A DNA stretch of 64,000 bases from Aureliella sp. (GTDB lineage: Bacteria; Planctomycetota; Planctomycetia; Pirellulales; Pirellulaceae): assembly GCA_963691875.1 (NCBI GenBank), contig OY829846.1, positions 2,624,001-2,688,000 of the forward strand, written 5' to 3'. A program made the translations under genes and the position numbers. This document shows positions 1 to 9,907 of the stretch, one piece after another. The notes beneath the pieces were generated by a model that worked only from the letters and a program-made list of their open reading frames with translations, was not told the DNA's origin and did not search any database. The stretch's first letter is position 1. Each line of letters starts with the position of its first letter.

Positions 1-233
1 AGCATTGGATCAAACGGAAGCCCACGCTGGGCGAACTCCTCCATGCGTTTGGCTTTCTTCTCTGCAATCCGTTGCGTATCTTTGGCGTTGCGAATCTCTT
101 TCAGCAACGAATCATAACGAGCTTCTAGCTGTTCTTTGGGCTCTTCAATCCAGCTTCGGTAGCTAGAATCCCCAAAATACAAGCCAAATACCAACAAGGC
201 TCCTAGTGCGAGCCATTTCGTGCGATCAGTCAT
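1..233 (-). CDS. GspM/PilO-like inner-membrane platform protein, 5' part only (runs off window)
   Basis: Not in the ORF track. ATG at 233 overlaps the stop of the upstream gene (ATGA). Hand translation MTDRTKWLALGALLVFGLYFGDSSYRSWIEEPKEQLEARYDSLLKEIRNAK... gives one N-terminal TM helix then a coiled coil, in the position after gspL. Confidence 0.6.
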   Translation of the reverse strand, partial: MTDRTKWLALGALLVFGLYFGDSSYRSWIEEPKEQLEARYDSLLKEIRNAKDTQRIAEKKAKRMEEFAQRGLPFDPM

Positions 234-1939
234 TTCGCGCCTCCTTTACTTTCCGATGCGCCAACCAACACGGGGATGGCTGGCGACTCTTTCGGCGACT
301 CTTTCGGCGACTCTTTCGGCGACTCTTTCGGCGACTCTTTCGGCGACTCTTTCGGCGAATCGATGGGCGAATCGATGGGCGAATCGATGGGCGAATCCAG
401 TTCTGCTGCAACCTTTCCATCCGCTTTCAATTCCGCAGCCAGCGGATCGGCTGGTTCGGCGTAGTGCCAAGCCTCGGGCGTTATAGCAAAACCAATCTTG
501 GTCTCGAACTGCCATGGGAACTCAGTTGCGTCTGGCGAGCGACTGATGCGCTTGCTGTTAGCGGAAAACTTCGCACCGCGAACACTCTGCTCAAACTCCG
601 CTACTACCTCTTGTTCCGCAACTCGCAGCGACAAATCGAACGATGCGGCACCGCCGGAAGAGTTGGCGTTGAGTCTCGTGACCGTCGCATCGGGACCAAC
701 AGGGAGTCGCTCCGAAAGTGTGCTGAGCTCTTCGAGCCAATCCACACGATTAGAAAGCCATTGGTCTATGACCATCACTTCATCTTGTTTCTCAGCGAAT
801 TTAGCCGCCAGTTTCTTCTCGGTCGCAAGTTGCCCTTCCAAATCTGCAACTTGGGTACGAAGTTCGCCAATGTCGGAGAGCATAAAGTAAACACCCAGGG
901 CCAATGTAAGCACTGCGGCGCTAGCCATCGCGCCCCAGCGAACATAGGGATTGGCCACTTTCGGCGCCTCCTTCGGTGCCAGCATATCGACCGGCAGCTT
1001 GCCTTGAAAGAAATCCCAAGCCGCGCCGCTGTTAGCCGCAGAACGAAACTTCTTGTTCGATTCCTCTGCCTGACTATCGATACAATTCCAACCGACCAAT
1101 GGGTCAATCGTCTGAACATCTTCGCCTTGTTCCTCCAGAGCTCCAGCGACCTTCCAAGCAAGTTCGTCGGAGGAGAAGACGCGCCACGTAGCCTTCGGAG
1201 TCCGCTCCAACTCGGACGAGGTCGCAAGACAGCGGTTTGCCTCATCGACTAGCTTGGTCGAAATGTACTTCGCATCTTCATTGGCGATTCGAAGCGATCG
1301 CAAGAAAACGGGCTTGGTGCCAGCGCAGATGGAAAGCTCCACTTCGGACTCATACATATGCACTGCGATGGATAGTGCGTTTTCCGCCAGCTGACCGTGT
1401 TTTAGTACGCCGATCGGTGCCAAATGACGTACGCCCAGCGCTACGAGCGAAAAGCCCGATTCTTCAGCCATGCCGCTCAGCTCCTCTAAACGCTGCTTGC
1501 CGATGCTAAACGCATATTTTGCCACGACACTTGAGTCGGTCGCTGCCGCGGAGTCGTGCAGCAGAAAGTCGATGACGCCCTCATCTTCAGACTCACCAAT
1601 TTGCTCTTCAACGCTGCTGCGAATCAGGTCAGGTAGCTCTGCCTTCGAGGCTGGTGGCAGGCTGAGTGTTTGCATCTCGACTTCGGCCCGAGAAAGCAGC
1701 ACCACAACTCTGCTTACGCGAACACCATCTGCTTGCAGCTGCGACTTCAGCGACTGAAAGGGGCTCTCGTCTTGAATACGCAGCAGCACACCGAAGTCCC
1801 TCGGGCGAAGTGTCACCGAATTCGGAGCAGCAATCAAGTAATGAATCGACTGCGAATCCCAATGAAGAAACGCCACCGGGCCGTTCTTCCGCGGCTTCGA
1901 GGCACGAAGGTTCTTCTTAAAGTAGTTTGGAAGATCCAT
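230..1939 (-). CDS. GspL-like (PilM-like cytoplasmic domain + TM + PilN-like periplasmic domain) secretion platform protein
   Basis: N-terminal part resembles PilM/GspL (VVVLLSRAEVEMQTLSLPP...ELPDLIR), followed by PVDMLAP, one TM helix, a coiled coil and a WLEELSTLSERLP PilN-like segment. Follows gspK. Confidence 0.7.
   Translation of the reverse strand: MDLPNYFKKNLRASKPRKNGPVAFLHWDSQSIHYLIAAPNSVTLRPRDFGVLLRIQDESPFQSLKSQLQADGVRVSRVVVLLSRAEVEMQTLSLPPASKAELPDLIRSSVEEQIGESEDEGVIDFLLHDSAAATDSSVVAKYAFSIGKQRLEELSGMAEESGFSLVALGVRHLAPIGVLKHGQLAENALSIAVHMYESEVELSICAGTKPVFLRSLRIANEDAKYISTKLVDEANRCLATSSELERTPKATWRVFSSDELAWKVAGALEEQGEDVQTIDPLVGWNCIDSQAEESNKKFRSAANSGAAWDFFQGKLPVDMLAPKEAPKVANPYVRWGAMASAAVLTLALGVYFMLSDIGELRTQVADLEGQLATEKKLAAKFAEKQDEVMVIDQWLSNRVDWLEELSTLSERLPVGPDATVTRLNANSSGGAASFDLSLRVAEQEVVAEFEQSVRGAKFSANSKRISRSPDATEFPWQFETKIGFAITPEAWHYAEPADPLAAELKADGKVAAELDSPIDSPIDSPIDSPKESPKESPKESPKESPKESPKESPAIPVLVGASESKGGAK
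282..397. repeat. 12-bp in-frame tandem repeat (6x GGCGACTCTTTC + 3x GGCGAATCGATG + partial)
   Basis: Read directly. Encodes DSPI/DSPK/ESPK tetrapeptide repeats at the C-terminus of the 230..1939 protein. Confidence 0.97.
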
Positions 1940-1942
1940 GGT

Positions 1943-3634
1943 CTAACCGTTTTCTCTATCTCGAGACAAATCTGCCTCAGCTGCCGAATTTACTGAAGAA
2001 GCCCATCTGCCGACTGGAAATCCCTCCCCCCAAGCATGCCAAGTATGTGACGCTCTCCAGCGAACAGTTCCTTCCATCGCATCCAGAATGACTGTCATCC
2101 GAAACACCGCACTCTTCTCATCGCGATAACCAAGCGATTGCGTGCTGTAGACGTCGCTTCGATTGGTGAGAAATGGCTCCAATTCTTTCAGTGTCTCAAG
2201 CCCTACGACGCGTTTGTCAACCAGCCAGCCAACCGTTCGAGCTTGCTCGACGGCTTGATCACCCTGACGAGCTTCGACAATCCGGTTCACAGTATCATCC
2301 GAGATCCCCGGCACCGACTTCAACACCCAAGGCGTCGCCTCGGACACATCGATTCGCCCTACAACCGTGTTGCTTGATATTGTGGTGACCTCATCCAGCA
2401 ACCTATCAAGATAATCTGAATTCGCGACAGCGGCACTTGAAAACGGGCTTTGAAGCGTGATTGTCTTGCTGGACGAGCTACTACTGCCGCCACCGTTTGG
2501 ATTCGGTACTGAAACTGTTGCGTCTATAAGCTGCAAAGGGCTTATTAGCTCTGCGGAAGCGGCCACGCTCAAGTCCGGCAGCCAAGCTCGCGAGTTCGCC
2601 ATTCTTGCACCAGCAGACTCACTATTGGCGGGCCCATATTGGCGAAAGGCGATGACGAAGTTTGCCCATTCAGCAGGCCATATCTGCACCAACGCACTGT
2701 GGAGCTCTTGCAGGTTCACCGCGTTGACATTGATCCGTGGCTTGCCCTCTGCAGTGACGTTGCGATGGCCGCTATGCCAAGTCAACACGTGTTGCCAGCC
2801 CGTGGCCTGTTGCGGTTCCACAAGTCCAAAACCATCGCCTGACTCCGGCAAGGCCTGAGAGGAACCAGCAGCTTCAAAACGGGAACGAGCAATTTCTTGT
2901 TCCAAACGATCGACCTGATAGTTTTGATCCCAGTCGTCACCCACCCAGGCTCTCGTGAGTTGCGATCCAATGTTTCGATCAGACTGTTGCCTCATACTCC
3001 AACCAAGCGTGGCAACTTGCGAAGTAGTTGGCGATGCTCCCATTTCTGACAATAGTGCATCGACTAGCTCTGGTGTAGCTCCCGGCAAGCGCATCAAGGT
3101 AGCTTGGGCATGGCCAGGAAAGAGCGAATCCCACGCAAGCAGCGTCGGCAAATGCAGCTTAGCCGATTCGCTTTGGAGCCCAAATGAAAAAGCATTCGAC
3201 GCAGCGGCTTTGGCAAATCGCTCGAGCTCATTGGAGCTTACTTGACTAGGAACAACTAGGCTGAAACGCCACGGAGCAGCGGCGCCTCGAAATTCCTGCT
3301 GCTCCTCGACTGGAGCCTCTCCGCTGAATTGCTCAATCGTTACGCGATGAAAAAACTCTGGATTTGTGAGTAGGCTTCCGCGTCTACTGGGTGGTAGCTC
3401 CAGAATCGAAGAAGCGAACGCAATTCCACTCAAAGCCACGGCACGAGCTTGAGCTTGCTCTTCGAACACGCTGGTAGAACGATACTGGCTCTCCATGCGA
3501 TAGGTGTAGTTGTAGGCCGCCAAGGCGAGCAGCATGCTTAGCACCAGCACCACGATCAAGGCCATGCCATGACGTTGTTTTCTGCCGCGGTCTCGTTTTC
3601 GCTGCATCAATCGGTTTGCTGAATCACTTTTCAA
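1943..3634 (-). CDS. gspK: Type II secretion minor pseudopilin GspK
   Basis: Basic leader then G|MALIVVLVL (no Glu+5, as in GspK), ESAKLHL motif, helix-hairpin-helix motifs RINVNA and GRIDVSEA...LKSVPGI, LTNRSDVYS. Confidence 0.85.
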   Translation of the reverse strand: MKSDSANRLMQRKRDRGRKQRHGMALIVVLVLSMLLALAAYNYTYRMESQYRSTSVFEEQAQARAVALSGIAFASSILELPPSRRGSLLTNPEFFHRVTIEQFSGEAPVEEQQEFRGAAAPWRFSLVVPSQVSSNELERFAKAAASNAFSFGLQSESAKLHLPTLLAWDSLFPGHAQATLMRLPGATPELVDALLSEMGASPTTSQVATLGWSMRQQSDRNIGSQLTRAWVGDDWDQNYQVDRLEQEIARSRFEAAGSSQALPESGDGFGLVEPQQATGWQHVLTWHSGHRNVTAEGKPRINVNAVNLQELHSALVQIWPAEWANFVIAFRQYGPANSESAGARMANSRAWLPDLSVAASAELISPLQLIDATVSVPNPNGGGSSSSSSKTITLQSPFSSAAVANSDYLDRLLDEVTTISSNTVVGRIDVSEATPWVLKSVPGISDDTVNRIVEARQGDQAVEQARTVGWLVDKRVVGLETLKELEPFLTNRSDVYSTQSLGYRDEKSAVFRMTVILDAMEGTVRWRASHTWHAWGEGFPVGRWASSVNSAAEADLSRDRENG

Positions 3635-4752
3635 GGCAACAGCCCCTCGCCCTGATCTTGCTCTGACAGAGACAACACCGGAGGCATTTGAACGATAACG
3701 AGCATCTGTGCTTTGGATGTAGCAGCGAGTTCCAGCGGCGAGTCAATCAACTCCTCCTCGACGCGTCTCGCTAGCGGCTCCTGATCTAGTACAGAGTCCA
3801 CGTCTGCTTCAAACGCATTTAGCCGCTTTTCGGGATCGAATTTCGGTCGCGGAATTGATAACTTACGCATCTGAGCGGGTGTTGGAAAATCGAACTCGAG
3901 CGCTACTGCAGTAGGGATTTGATCCCCCGCTGTGGTCCATTGCTTGCTCCAGCTCTTACCGTCAAAGTACTGAAATTCGGCATTGAGTAGTCTGTCTAGC
4001 CTTTGTTCTGCGACAAAGGTGGTCGAAGCCGGAGCCCTCAACTCACTTTCTTCTGTACGATACAAATCTTCGATCGTCAGCGACTCGTCTGCAGCGGTGT
4101 TGGTGTCATCGCCCGCGCCAGTCGATGCGTTCCGAAGACTTTCTTGCCTGATCAGCGTATAAACTCTCACAACCTGGGTATCGTCTTCTTGCAAGAGTGC
4201 CGTCGCGCCCCGATCTTCTTCCAGTCGATATGTCACCAACCTAAGGTCTCGCGCTCGCTGGGACTGAAAAGGATCGCGAGCTGAACTGTTTTCCTGGTCG
4301 TCACGCAAAATACCCTTACGATCCGATGACGGCAGCGTGGTTGGCGACGCAGGTTCCAGGAAAGGCCCCCCACCAACTGGTGAGTTTAATAGCCGACTTT
4401 GGGCGTCGAGATATTGCGCGAAGACCGCAACAGGATTCAATTTCGGACGAACAGCAAACTCGAGTTCTGAATCGTTGCCCCAGAAAGAGTTCTCCGAATT
4501 GTCGTCCGAGACAAGCAAGATTTTCTGCAAGTCGTGCTGAAGCCAGCTGCGTGTCAGACGCGCTGTATTCGTGCGATGGACAAGATTCCAACTTCTCACT
4601 TCGGCCGACTGATAGTTTCCAATCAAAGACCAACCAACGCCCAGCAACGCGCCCAACAGCCCAAGTGCAATCATCAGCTCAAGCAACGTGTAGGCTGACC
4701 GAAAAAGACTGTCTCGAGACAAACGCGAACTGCCAAGAAAACCGGCACTCAT
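3631..4752 (-). CDS. Pseudopilin, GspJ-like
   Basis: Prepilin motif SA|YTLLELMIALGLL; C-terminal FQYFDGKSWSKQW...IPTAVALEF typical of GspJ; lies between the GspI-like gene and gspK. Confidence 0.8.
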   Translation of the reverse strand: MSAGFLGSSRLSRDSLFRSAYTLLELMIALGLLGALLGVGWSLIGNYQSAEVRSWNLVHRTNTARLTRSWLQHDLQKILLVSDDNSENSFWGNDSELEFAVRPKLNPVAVFAQYLDAQSRLLNSPVGGGPFLEPASPTTLPSSDRKGILRDDQENSSARDPFQSQRARDLRLVTYRLEEDRGATALLQEDDTQVVRVYTLIRQESLRNASTGAGDDTNTAADESLTIEDLYRTEESELRAPASTTFVAEQRLDRLLNAEFQYFDGKSWSKQWTTAGDQIPTAVALEFDFPTPAQMRKLSIPRPKFDPEKRLNAFEADVDSVLDQEPLARRVEEELIDSPLELAATSKAQMLVIVQMPPVLSLSEQDQGEGLLP

Positions 4753-5228
4753 GGGAACCGCTCCCCAAGAGTGTTCGTTCTTGATTGACTTTTCGGAAGT
4801 TTGACGAGCCGAGATAATTCAGCAATCGGACGCTTCCCTTCACTGCCAACTTCTTGGGACTCCTCGTAGATACTGACGGTGATGATCTGCAAGCCCTCCA
4901 ATGCGTCCCGAGGTTCCGCATCTCCAGATTCAACTTTTTCCGCCCTTACGACGAAATGCAGTTCCGGCTCGCCCAGCAGTAGGCCTGTCAACTCAGCCGC
5001 TTCCTCTCGATCGTTGGTGGTTGAGTTGAACGCGAGAGAAGCCAAGTACTCGTCCATGACTGATTCGGCTTTGACCAGTCCGATCGCTTTCAGCTCCGCG
5101 CGCGTACCGAAACGAACACCAAGCCCTAGAAGAGACACCAACGAAAGGGCCGTAGCCGTGAGAATGGCAGTCGCAATGACGATTTCAAGTAGTGAGAATC
5201 CATCCCGGCGAAGAACACTTCTACTCAC
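4749..5228 (-). CDS. Pseudopilin, GspI-like
   Basis: RRDG|FSLLEIVIATAIL; small size; position in the cluster. Confidence 0.8.
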   Translation of the reverse strand: MSRSVLRRDGFSLLEIVIATAILTATALSLVSLLGLGVRFGTRAELKAIGLVKAESVMDEYLASLAFNSTTNDREEAAELTGLLLGEPELHFVVRAEKVESGDAEPRDALEGLQIITVSIYEESQEVGSEGKRPIAELSRLVKLPKSQSRTNTLGERFP

Positions 5229-5959
5229 GGGAGAACCTCCACGCGACCGCTCACAGGATCGTAGGTCACGCGAAGTGATTCTTTTGAAGCTTCGTCATAC
5301 AACTCGATCGTTGCTTCGCGACCAACACCACTCGGGATGGATGGTGCGACAAAGGGCATCCACCAGACCCTCTCGGATGTCACCTTTTCCTCCAGAACGA
5401 AAAGTTCCGCCTCGGTATCAACCTCTGCCGCCGGCAGATCGGAATAGCCGTAGGCTTCTTCGCTAACTCCGTCCGATTCCAAGGATGATGCAAAAAGCGG
5501 CTTCACCGACTCGATCTGCCAACGAACCGACCGAACAACGACTGCGCCCGAGAATTCCCAGCTTCGATCGCTTGAAGCTACGGGAGTGTCGATATCAGAT
5601 GAAGAGCGAAGATCAATATCCGATACCATTTCGAATTCAGCCCCCGAAATTATCTTGCTACTCGACCTATCTGCTTCCTGAGCCAAGTCACTGGCGGCAA
5701 GCACTTCAATAGCTGCACTGCCTTCGACCAACTTCAAAAAAACTGGCTGGCCATTGCTTGCCGCACAGTAACCACATTCTTCGATCGCTGTACGTAATAA
5801 CTGTGAAGACTCTCGCAGTTCGGACTTTCGTAACTGTCTTGCAAGATTTGGCCAAGCGATAGCAGTCAGGCCAACCATAATCACAAGAACAATGACCAGC
5901 TCCAACAAAGTGAAAGCTGGCTGACTTCGAGTGACTGAGCTTGCGCGCAAGGACAACAT
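5225..5959 (-). CDS. Pseudopilin, GspH/FimT-like
   Basis: PA|FTLLELVIVLVIM...AWP; C-terminal VTYDPVSGRV; directly after gspG. Confidence 0.8.
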   Translation of the reverse strand: MLSLRASSVTRSQPAFTLLELVIVLVIMVGLTAIAWPNLARQLRKSELRESSQLLRTAIEECGYCAASNGQPVFLKLVEGSAAIEVLAASDLAQEADRSSSKIISGAEFEMVSDIDLRSSSDIDTPVASSDRSWEFSGAVVVRSVRWQIESVKPLFASSLESDGVSEEAYGYSDLPAAEVDTEAELFVLEEKVTSERVWWMPFVAPSIPSGVGREATIELYDEASKESLRVTYDPVSGRVEVLP

Positions 5960-5985
5960 GAGGGCCCGCCGATCAACAGAACCGA

Positions 5986-6489
5986 TTAAAGTCCGGTCGT
6001 TTCTGGCGCAGATGTCGCATCGACCTCCTCGCCTTCACTTTCACCAGCAGCCGGCCGATTGGCAATATCATCATCGGTGCCTGCCTGTCGATCCGGCCCC
6101 ATCGAGAAGATCCGCGGAAAGTCCATATTACTTTCAGTCTCCCCGTCAGCTACGCCGTACTCGTACTGAAACTGGTTGCCCCAGGGGTCTACGGGCAGCT
6201 TGGTGTCGTCCAAGTAGGGTCCGTCCCAATTACGTGCAAAGGCTTCGTCTTCCGGCGCCTTGAGCAACAACTCCAATCCTTCTTCGGTCGAAGGAAACGT
6301 TTTCATATCGGCCGAGAATAGCTTCAGTGACGACTCGAGGTTTCCAATCTGCGCCTGAGTCGTTCGAACATCAGCCTTCTTCTGAGTGCCCAACAGACGA
6401 GGGCCTACGATTGCCATAATGCCAACCAAGATGATCAGTACGATCATCAATTCCAACAATGTAAGTCCGGCACGAGCCTTTGGATTCAT
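5986..6489 (-). CDS. gspG: Type II secretion major pseudopilin GspG
   Basis: AG|LTLLELMIVLIIL, FPSTEEGLELL, WDGPYL, DPWGNQFQY, SMGPDRQAGTDDDI: hallmark GspG motifs. Confidence 0.95.
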   Translation of the reverse strand: MNPKARAGLTLLELMIVLIILVGIMAIVGPRLLGTQKKADVRTTQAQIGNLESSLKLFSADMKTFPSTEEGLELLLKAPEDEAFARNWDGPYLDDTKLPVDPWGNQFQYEYGVADGETESNMDFPRIFSMGPDRQAGTDDDIANRPAAGESEGEEVDATSAPETTGL

Positions 6490-6528
6490 CGGTTCATTTC
6501 CTTATGAGGGTGTGGTGTACGGTGTGTG

Positions 6529-7746
6529 TTATCCGATGGAGGAATTCATTTCGAAGACTGGTAGCAGTACTCCTACGATTACGAACATCACCATGGATCC
6601 GATCAGGATGAGCATCATAGGTTCGATCATGCGTACCAGCACCTCAAGCCTTCGTTCGATTTTTTCATCTGTACGGTCGGCGACTTTGATCAGCACGTCG
6701 TCAAGCGTATTTGACTCCTCTGCAACGCGGATCTGAGCCATAACTTGTTTCGGAATCAATTTGCTTGCCATCAGTGGGGTCGACAGAGAGTCGCCAGCCG
6801 TGACGTTGTCTGCCGACTGCAGAATGGCCTCTTCGAGCAATTTGTTGCCGGTAGACTCGCTTGAGATCTGCAAGCTCTTGAGAATCGGAACTCCATTTCG
6901 CAAAAGAGTTCCCAAGACACGGCAAGTTCGAGAGACAGCCGAATCATGAAAGATCCCTCCCAGCACCGGCAGACGAAGTTTCCATTTGTCGAGCAAGCGT
7001 TTCGCGGTCGTGTTTTGAAAGAGTTGGTGCATACCACCGACCAGTCCCATGATGGCGATCAGCAGAAAAACTCCATAGTTCAGGAAAGCATGACTGATGA
7101 CCAGCAAGACAACTGTAATTGCCGGCAGGCCCGTGCCATTCTGCTCGAGGCGATCGAAAAAGGGCTGAAACTTGGGCACCATGAACATCACCATCAAACA
7201 AGTGATCAGCGTGCCAACAACACCTAGGATGATCGGGTAAGTCAAAGCGCCGACGATCTTAGCGCGCATCTCATCTTGTTTCGTCAAGAACAAAGCCGTT
7301 CGCTGCAGTGCCTCTTCGAGAAAGGCTCCTTCCTGCCCGGCGCGTACCATGCTGACGGTTAGGTCCGAGAAAACTCTAGTTTCTCGGCTCATGGCAACAT
7401 CGAGTGTGTCGCCTTCCGAGATAGCACTGTGCAAGTTCTGCGCGGTTTGTCGAAGCGTCGGGTTCTCAGTGGCTTCTTCTAAGATCCTGAGCGACTCCAG
7501 GATCGGAACGCCACCGCCAAGCAAGTCGGCAAGCTGCGAGCAGAAGTCTGCAATCTGCTCTTTCTTGACTCGCGTCGGCAGAGAAACATTTGCCCAGCCT
7601 GGCCCTACAGCCGCATCGTTCACCTTCAGAGGAAAAAGCGATTGCTGCCGCAGGAGACGCATCGCCTCTACGCGACTTGCTGCAGCAATCGTGCCCGACT
7701 GCGAGTCGCCACTTTGAGACTTTGCGGTGTAGGTAAACTCTGGCAT
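6529..7746 (-). CDS. gspF: Type II secretion system F family inner-membrane protein
   Basis: MPEFTYTA start, QLADLLGGGVP, MVRAGQEG, ALTYP, LLRNGVPILKSL, IEPMM: two GspF repeats. Confidence 0.95.
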   Translation of the reverse strand: MPEFTYTAKSQSGDSQSGTIAAASRVEAMRLLRQQSLFPLKVNDAAVGPGWANVSLPTRVKKEQIADFCSQLADLLGGGVPILESLRILEEATENPTLRQTAQNLHSAISEGDTLDVAMSRETRVFSDLTVSMVRAGQEGAFLEEALQRTALFLTKQDEMRAKIVGALTYPIILGVVGTLITCLMVMFMVPKFQPFFDRLEQNGTGLPAITVVLLVISHAFLNYGVFLLIAIMGLVGGMHQLFQNTTAKRLLDKWKLRLPVLGGIFHDSAVSRTCRVLGTLLRNGVPILKSLQISSESTGNKLLEEAILQSADNVTAGDSLSTPLMASKLIPKQVMAQIRVAEESNTLDDVLIKVADRTDEKIERRLEVLVRMIEPMMLILIGSMVMFVIVGVLLPVFEMNSSIG

Positions 7747-7788
7747 GCTGGAACGTCGCCACGTTGGGGACTGGTAAATCTATTTCAC

Positions 7789-7842
7789 AACCCGAAGTTT
7801 TAGCGAAGCCGGCTGGCCGATTCCTCGCTCACGCCTCGGGTT
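7789..7842. repeat. REP-like intergenic palindrome, degenerate copy
   Basis: AACCCGAAGTTTTAGCGA...TCGCTCACGCCTCGGGTT imperfect inverted repeat; a related copy is at 25882. Confidence 0.6.
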
Positions 7843-7884
7843 GGGATCGGGAGTCGAAATCGAGCCGACCGCTGAAAGGCGTTG

Positions 7885-9576
7885 CTAGTCGGCCTTCGTC
7901 ACGCGAAGGACCTCGTCGACGGTGGTAATACCTTCGATAACCTTGGACCAGCCGTCGTCTCGCAAAGTCGCCATGCCGGCTGCTGTCGCCGTCTTTTTGA
8001 TCACGTCTGATGAAACCTGCTCCGTCACTTGCTGGCGAATCTTCTCATTTGTCACCAACAGCTCGTAAATCCCCTTACGTCCGCGATAGCCAGTCTGACG
8101 ACAATGCTCGCAGCCACCGGGGCGATACAAACGAAAACGCGGGTCTGACAATGCTTCTTCGGGGAAGTCGTCCGGCAAGTCGTCGCGATTCGGCATGTAA
8201 GGCTCCTTGCATTCGTCGCACAGGACACGAACAAGACGTTGAGCCAAAACACCTTCTACCGTACTGGCCACCAAGAAGGGCTCGACGCCCATATCACACA
8301 AACGCATAAAAGCACCCGCAGCATCATTGGTGTGCAAAGTACTAAACACCATGTGGCCCGTCAGAGAAGCTTGTGTAGCATTCTCTGCAGTTTCCAAATC
8401 GCGGATTTCACCAACCAGCACCACGTCTGGATCGTGCCGAAGGATAGCTCGCAAACAGGCTGCGAACGTCAGGCCGACTTTCTGCTGTACTTGAATTTGG
8501 TTGATGCCTTCCAACTGGTACTCGATGGGATCCTCTGTGGTGATGATTTTGCAATCTTCTGACTGGATTTCCGCGAGTGCGCTGTACAGTGTCGTAGTCT
8601 TGCCAGAACCGGTCGGACCCGTGACCAAAACAATTCCGTGAGGCATGTTGATCAACTTGTCGAACTGCTGATAGACGCTCTCGGACATTCCGATGCCACG
8701 AAGCGAAAAAGCAAGATTCGACTTATCCAACACACGCATCACGACGCCTTCACCGTGAAGCATAGGGATAATCGAAACGCGAATATCAATTTCGCGGCCC
8801 GAAATACGCAGCTTAATCCGCCCGTCCTGTGGAATCCTTTTCTCCGCGATGTTCATCTTCGCCATAATTTTCAAACGACTGATGATTGCGGCGCGGAACT
8901 GATTCATGGCCGGTGGCGTCGGCTGCCTTTGTAGAACACCGTCGATGCGATAGCGGAGTTTCAATCCTGCTTCTTGCGACTCGACGTGAATATCACTTGC
9001 TCTTGCTTCGATAGCCTCGGCCAAAATCTCATTCACAAGCCTGACGACAGAAGCCTCCTGGACTCCATCGGCGTCCTCGAGACCTTCGGTGTCGATCTCT
9101 TCCAACATCTCAACAGCACCACTTTGCTGTTGAATTGCAACGAGGCCATCGATGGTCTCCGCGCCCACGCCGAGATAGCGCTTGATGAGTCGTTGTACGG
9201 TTTCTTGCTCAGCCAAAGCTGGCCGAACTTCGATGCCAAGAGCGGATGCAACAGAATCGATCGCATCGAAGTTAAAGGGATTCGTCACCGCCAACTTAAG
9301 CCAGCCATCGCCACGTTCGACGGGAAAGACCTCGTGGCGGTGTATCAGCTTGATCGGAAAGCGTTCGATTGCATCTGTAGCGACGTCTAGATGATCATTG
9401 GCAATCCACTCCAGGCCCAAGGCGCGAGCACTGCTAGCAAGTAGATCTTTGGTACCAGATAAAGCAAATTCCTTTGCTAGCCCATCGAGTCCTTCCCCGG
9501 CGTCGAGGTGTTCGGCGACCCGACGTAGCTGCGCACCGTCTAACGGAGGAGCCAACGCTCCAGTGTTTGCAATCAT
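7885..9576 (-). CDS. gspE: Type II secretion ATPase GspE/PilB family
   Basis: ASDIH, PQDGRI, Walker A GPTGSGKTTT, EDPIEY, LRHDPDVVLVGEIRD, STLHTND, and a CxxC...CxxC zinc motif. Confidence 0.97.
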   Translation of the reverse strand: MIANTGALAPPLDGAQLRRVAEHLDAGEGLDGLAKEFALSGTKDLLASSARALGLEWIANDHLDVATDAIERFPIKLIHRHEVFPVERGDGWLKLAVTNPFNFDAIDSVASALGIEVRPALAEQETVQRLIKRYLGVGAETIDGLVAIQQQSGAVEMLEEIDTEGLEDADGVQEASVVRLVNEILAEAIEARASDIHVESQEAGLKLRYRIDGVLQRQPTPPAMNQFRAAIISRLKIMAKMNIAEKRIPQDGRIKLRISGREIDIRVSIIPMLHGEGVVMRVLDKSNLAFSLRGIGMSESVYQQFDKLINMPHGIVLVTGPTGSGKTTTLYSALAEIQSEDCKIITTEDPIEYQLEGINQIQVQQKVGLTFAACLRAILRHDPDVVLVGEIRDLETAENATQASLTGHMVFSTLHTNDAAGAFMRLCDMGVEPFLVASTVEGVLAQRLVRVLCDECKEPYMPNRDDLPDDFPEEALSDPRFRLYRPGGCEHCRQTGYRGRKGIYELLVTNEKIRQQVTEQVSSDVIKKTATAAGMATLRDDGWSKVIEGITTVDEVLRVTKAD

Positions 9577-9710
9577 CTACCGTCCTTTACGTTCAGGTGG
9601 GACTCGCTCCGCGAGTTGGGAAGGACTTAAGCCGGGGAAAGTTGCTTAAGTGGTGGCAAAGTGAGACAGTTGGGGGGGATCTCAGCAAATTGCATATATT
9701 AACAGTTGTT

Positions 9711-9739
9711 ATAGTAAAAGCTGCAGTTTGGAAGGTCAA
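9711..9739 (-). promoter_or_regulatory. Putative sigma70-type promoter for gspE-M
   Basis: Minus strand TTGACC-N17-TACTAT in an AT-rich intergenic region about 135 nt upstream of gspE. Confidence 0.5.
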
Positions 9740-9907
9740 CTTTTGCTTGGATTGTTTGTTAGCTACTCTAACGAGCGAGGCCACAACATAAGTCGACGGG
9801 AATCTTCGTTTGGTATCGGACTCCATATTCCGTATCTGTGCAGCACTTGCTATAGCCAACAACCGCCCTGACATTATCGCAGGGATCCACCCCCTCATGT
9901 AAGGTAG

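Noticed and set aside
282..397. Repeat array as a possible CRISPR
   Set aside because: Contiguous 12-mers with no spacers, in frame within a CDS, and no cas genes.
206..1252. 348-aa plus-strand ORF and other repeat-rich ORFs over 220-515
   Set aside because: Antisense or alternate-frame shadows of the GspL-like gene; their repetitive peptides come from the 12-bp VNTR.
9593..9898. 101-aa ORF between the giant gene and gspE
   Set aside because: Spans an AT-rich promoter-like region and has no protein-like features.
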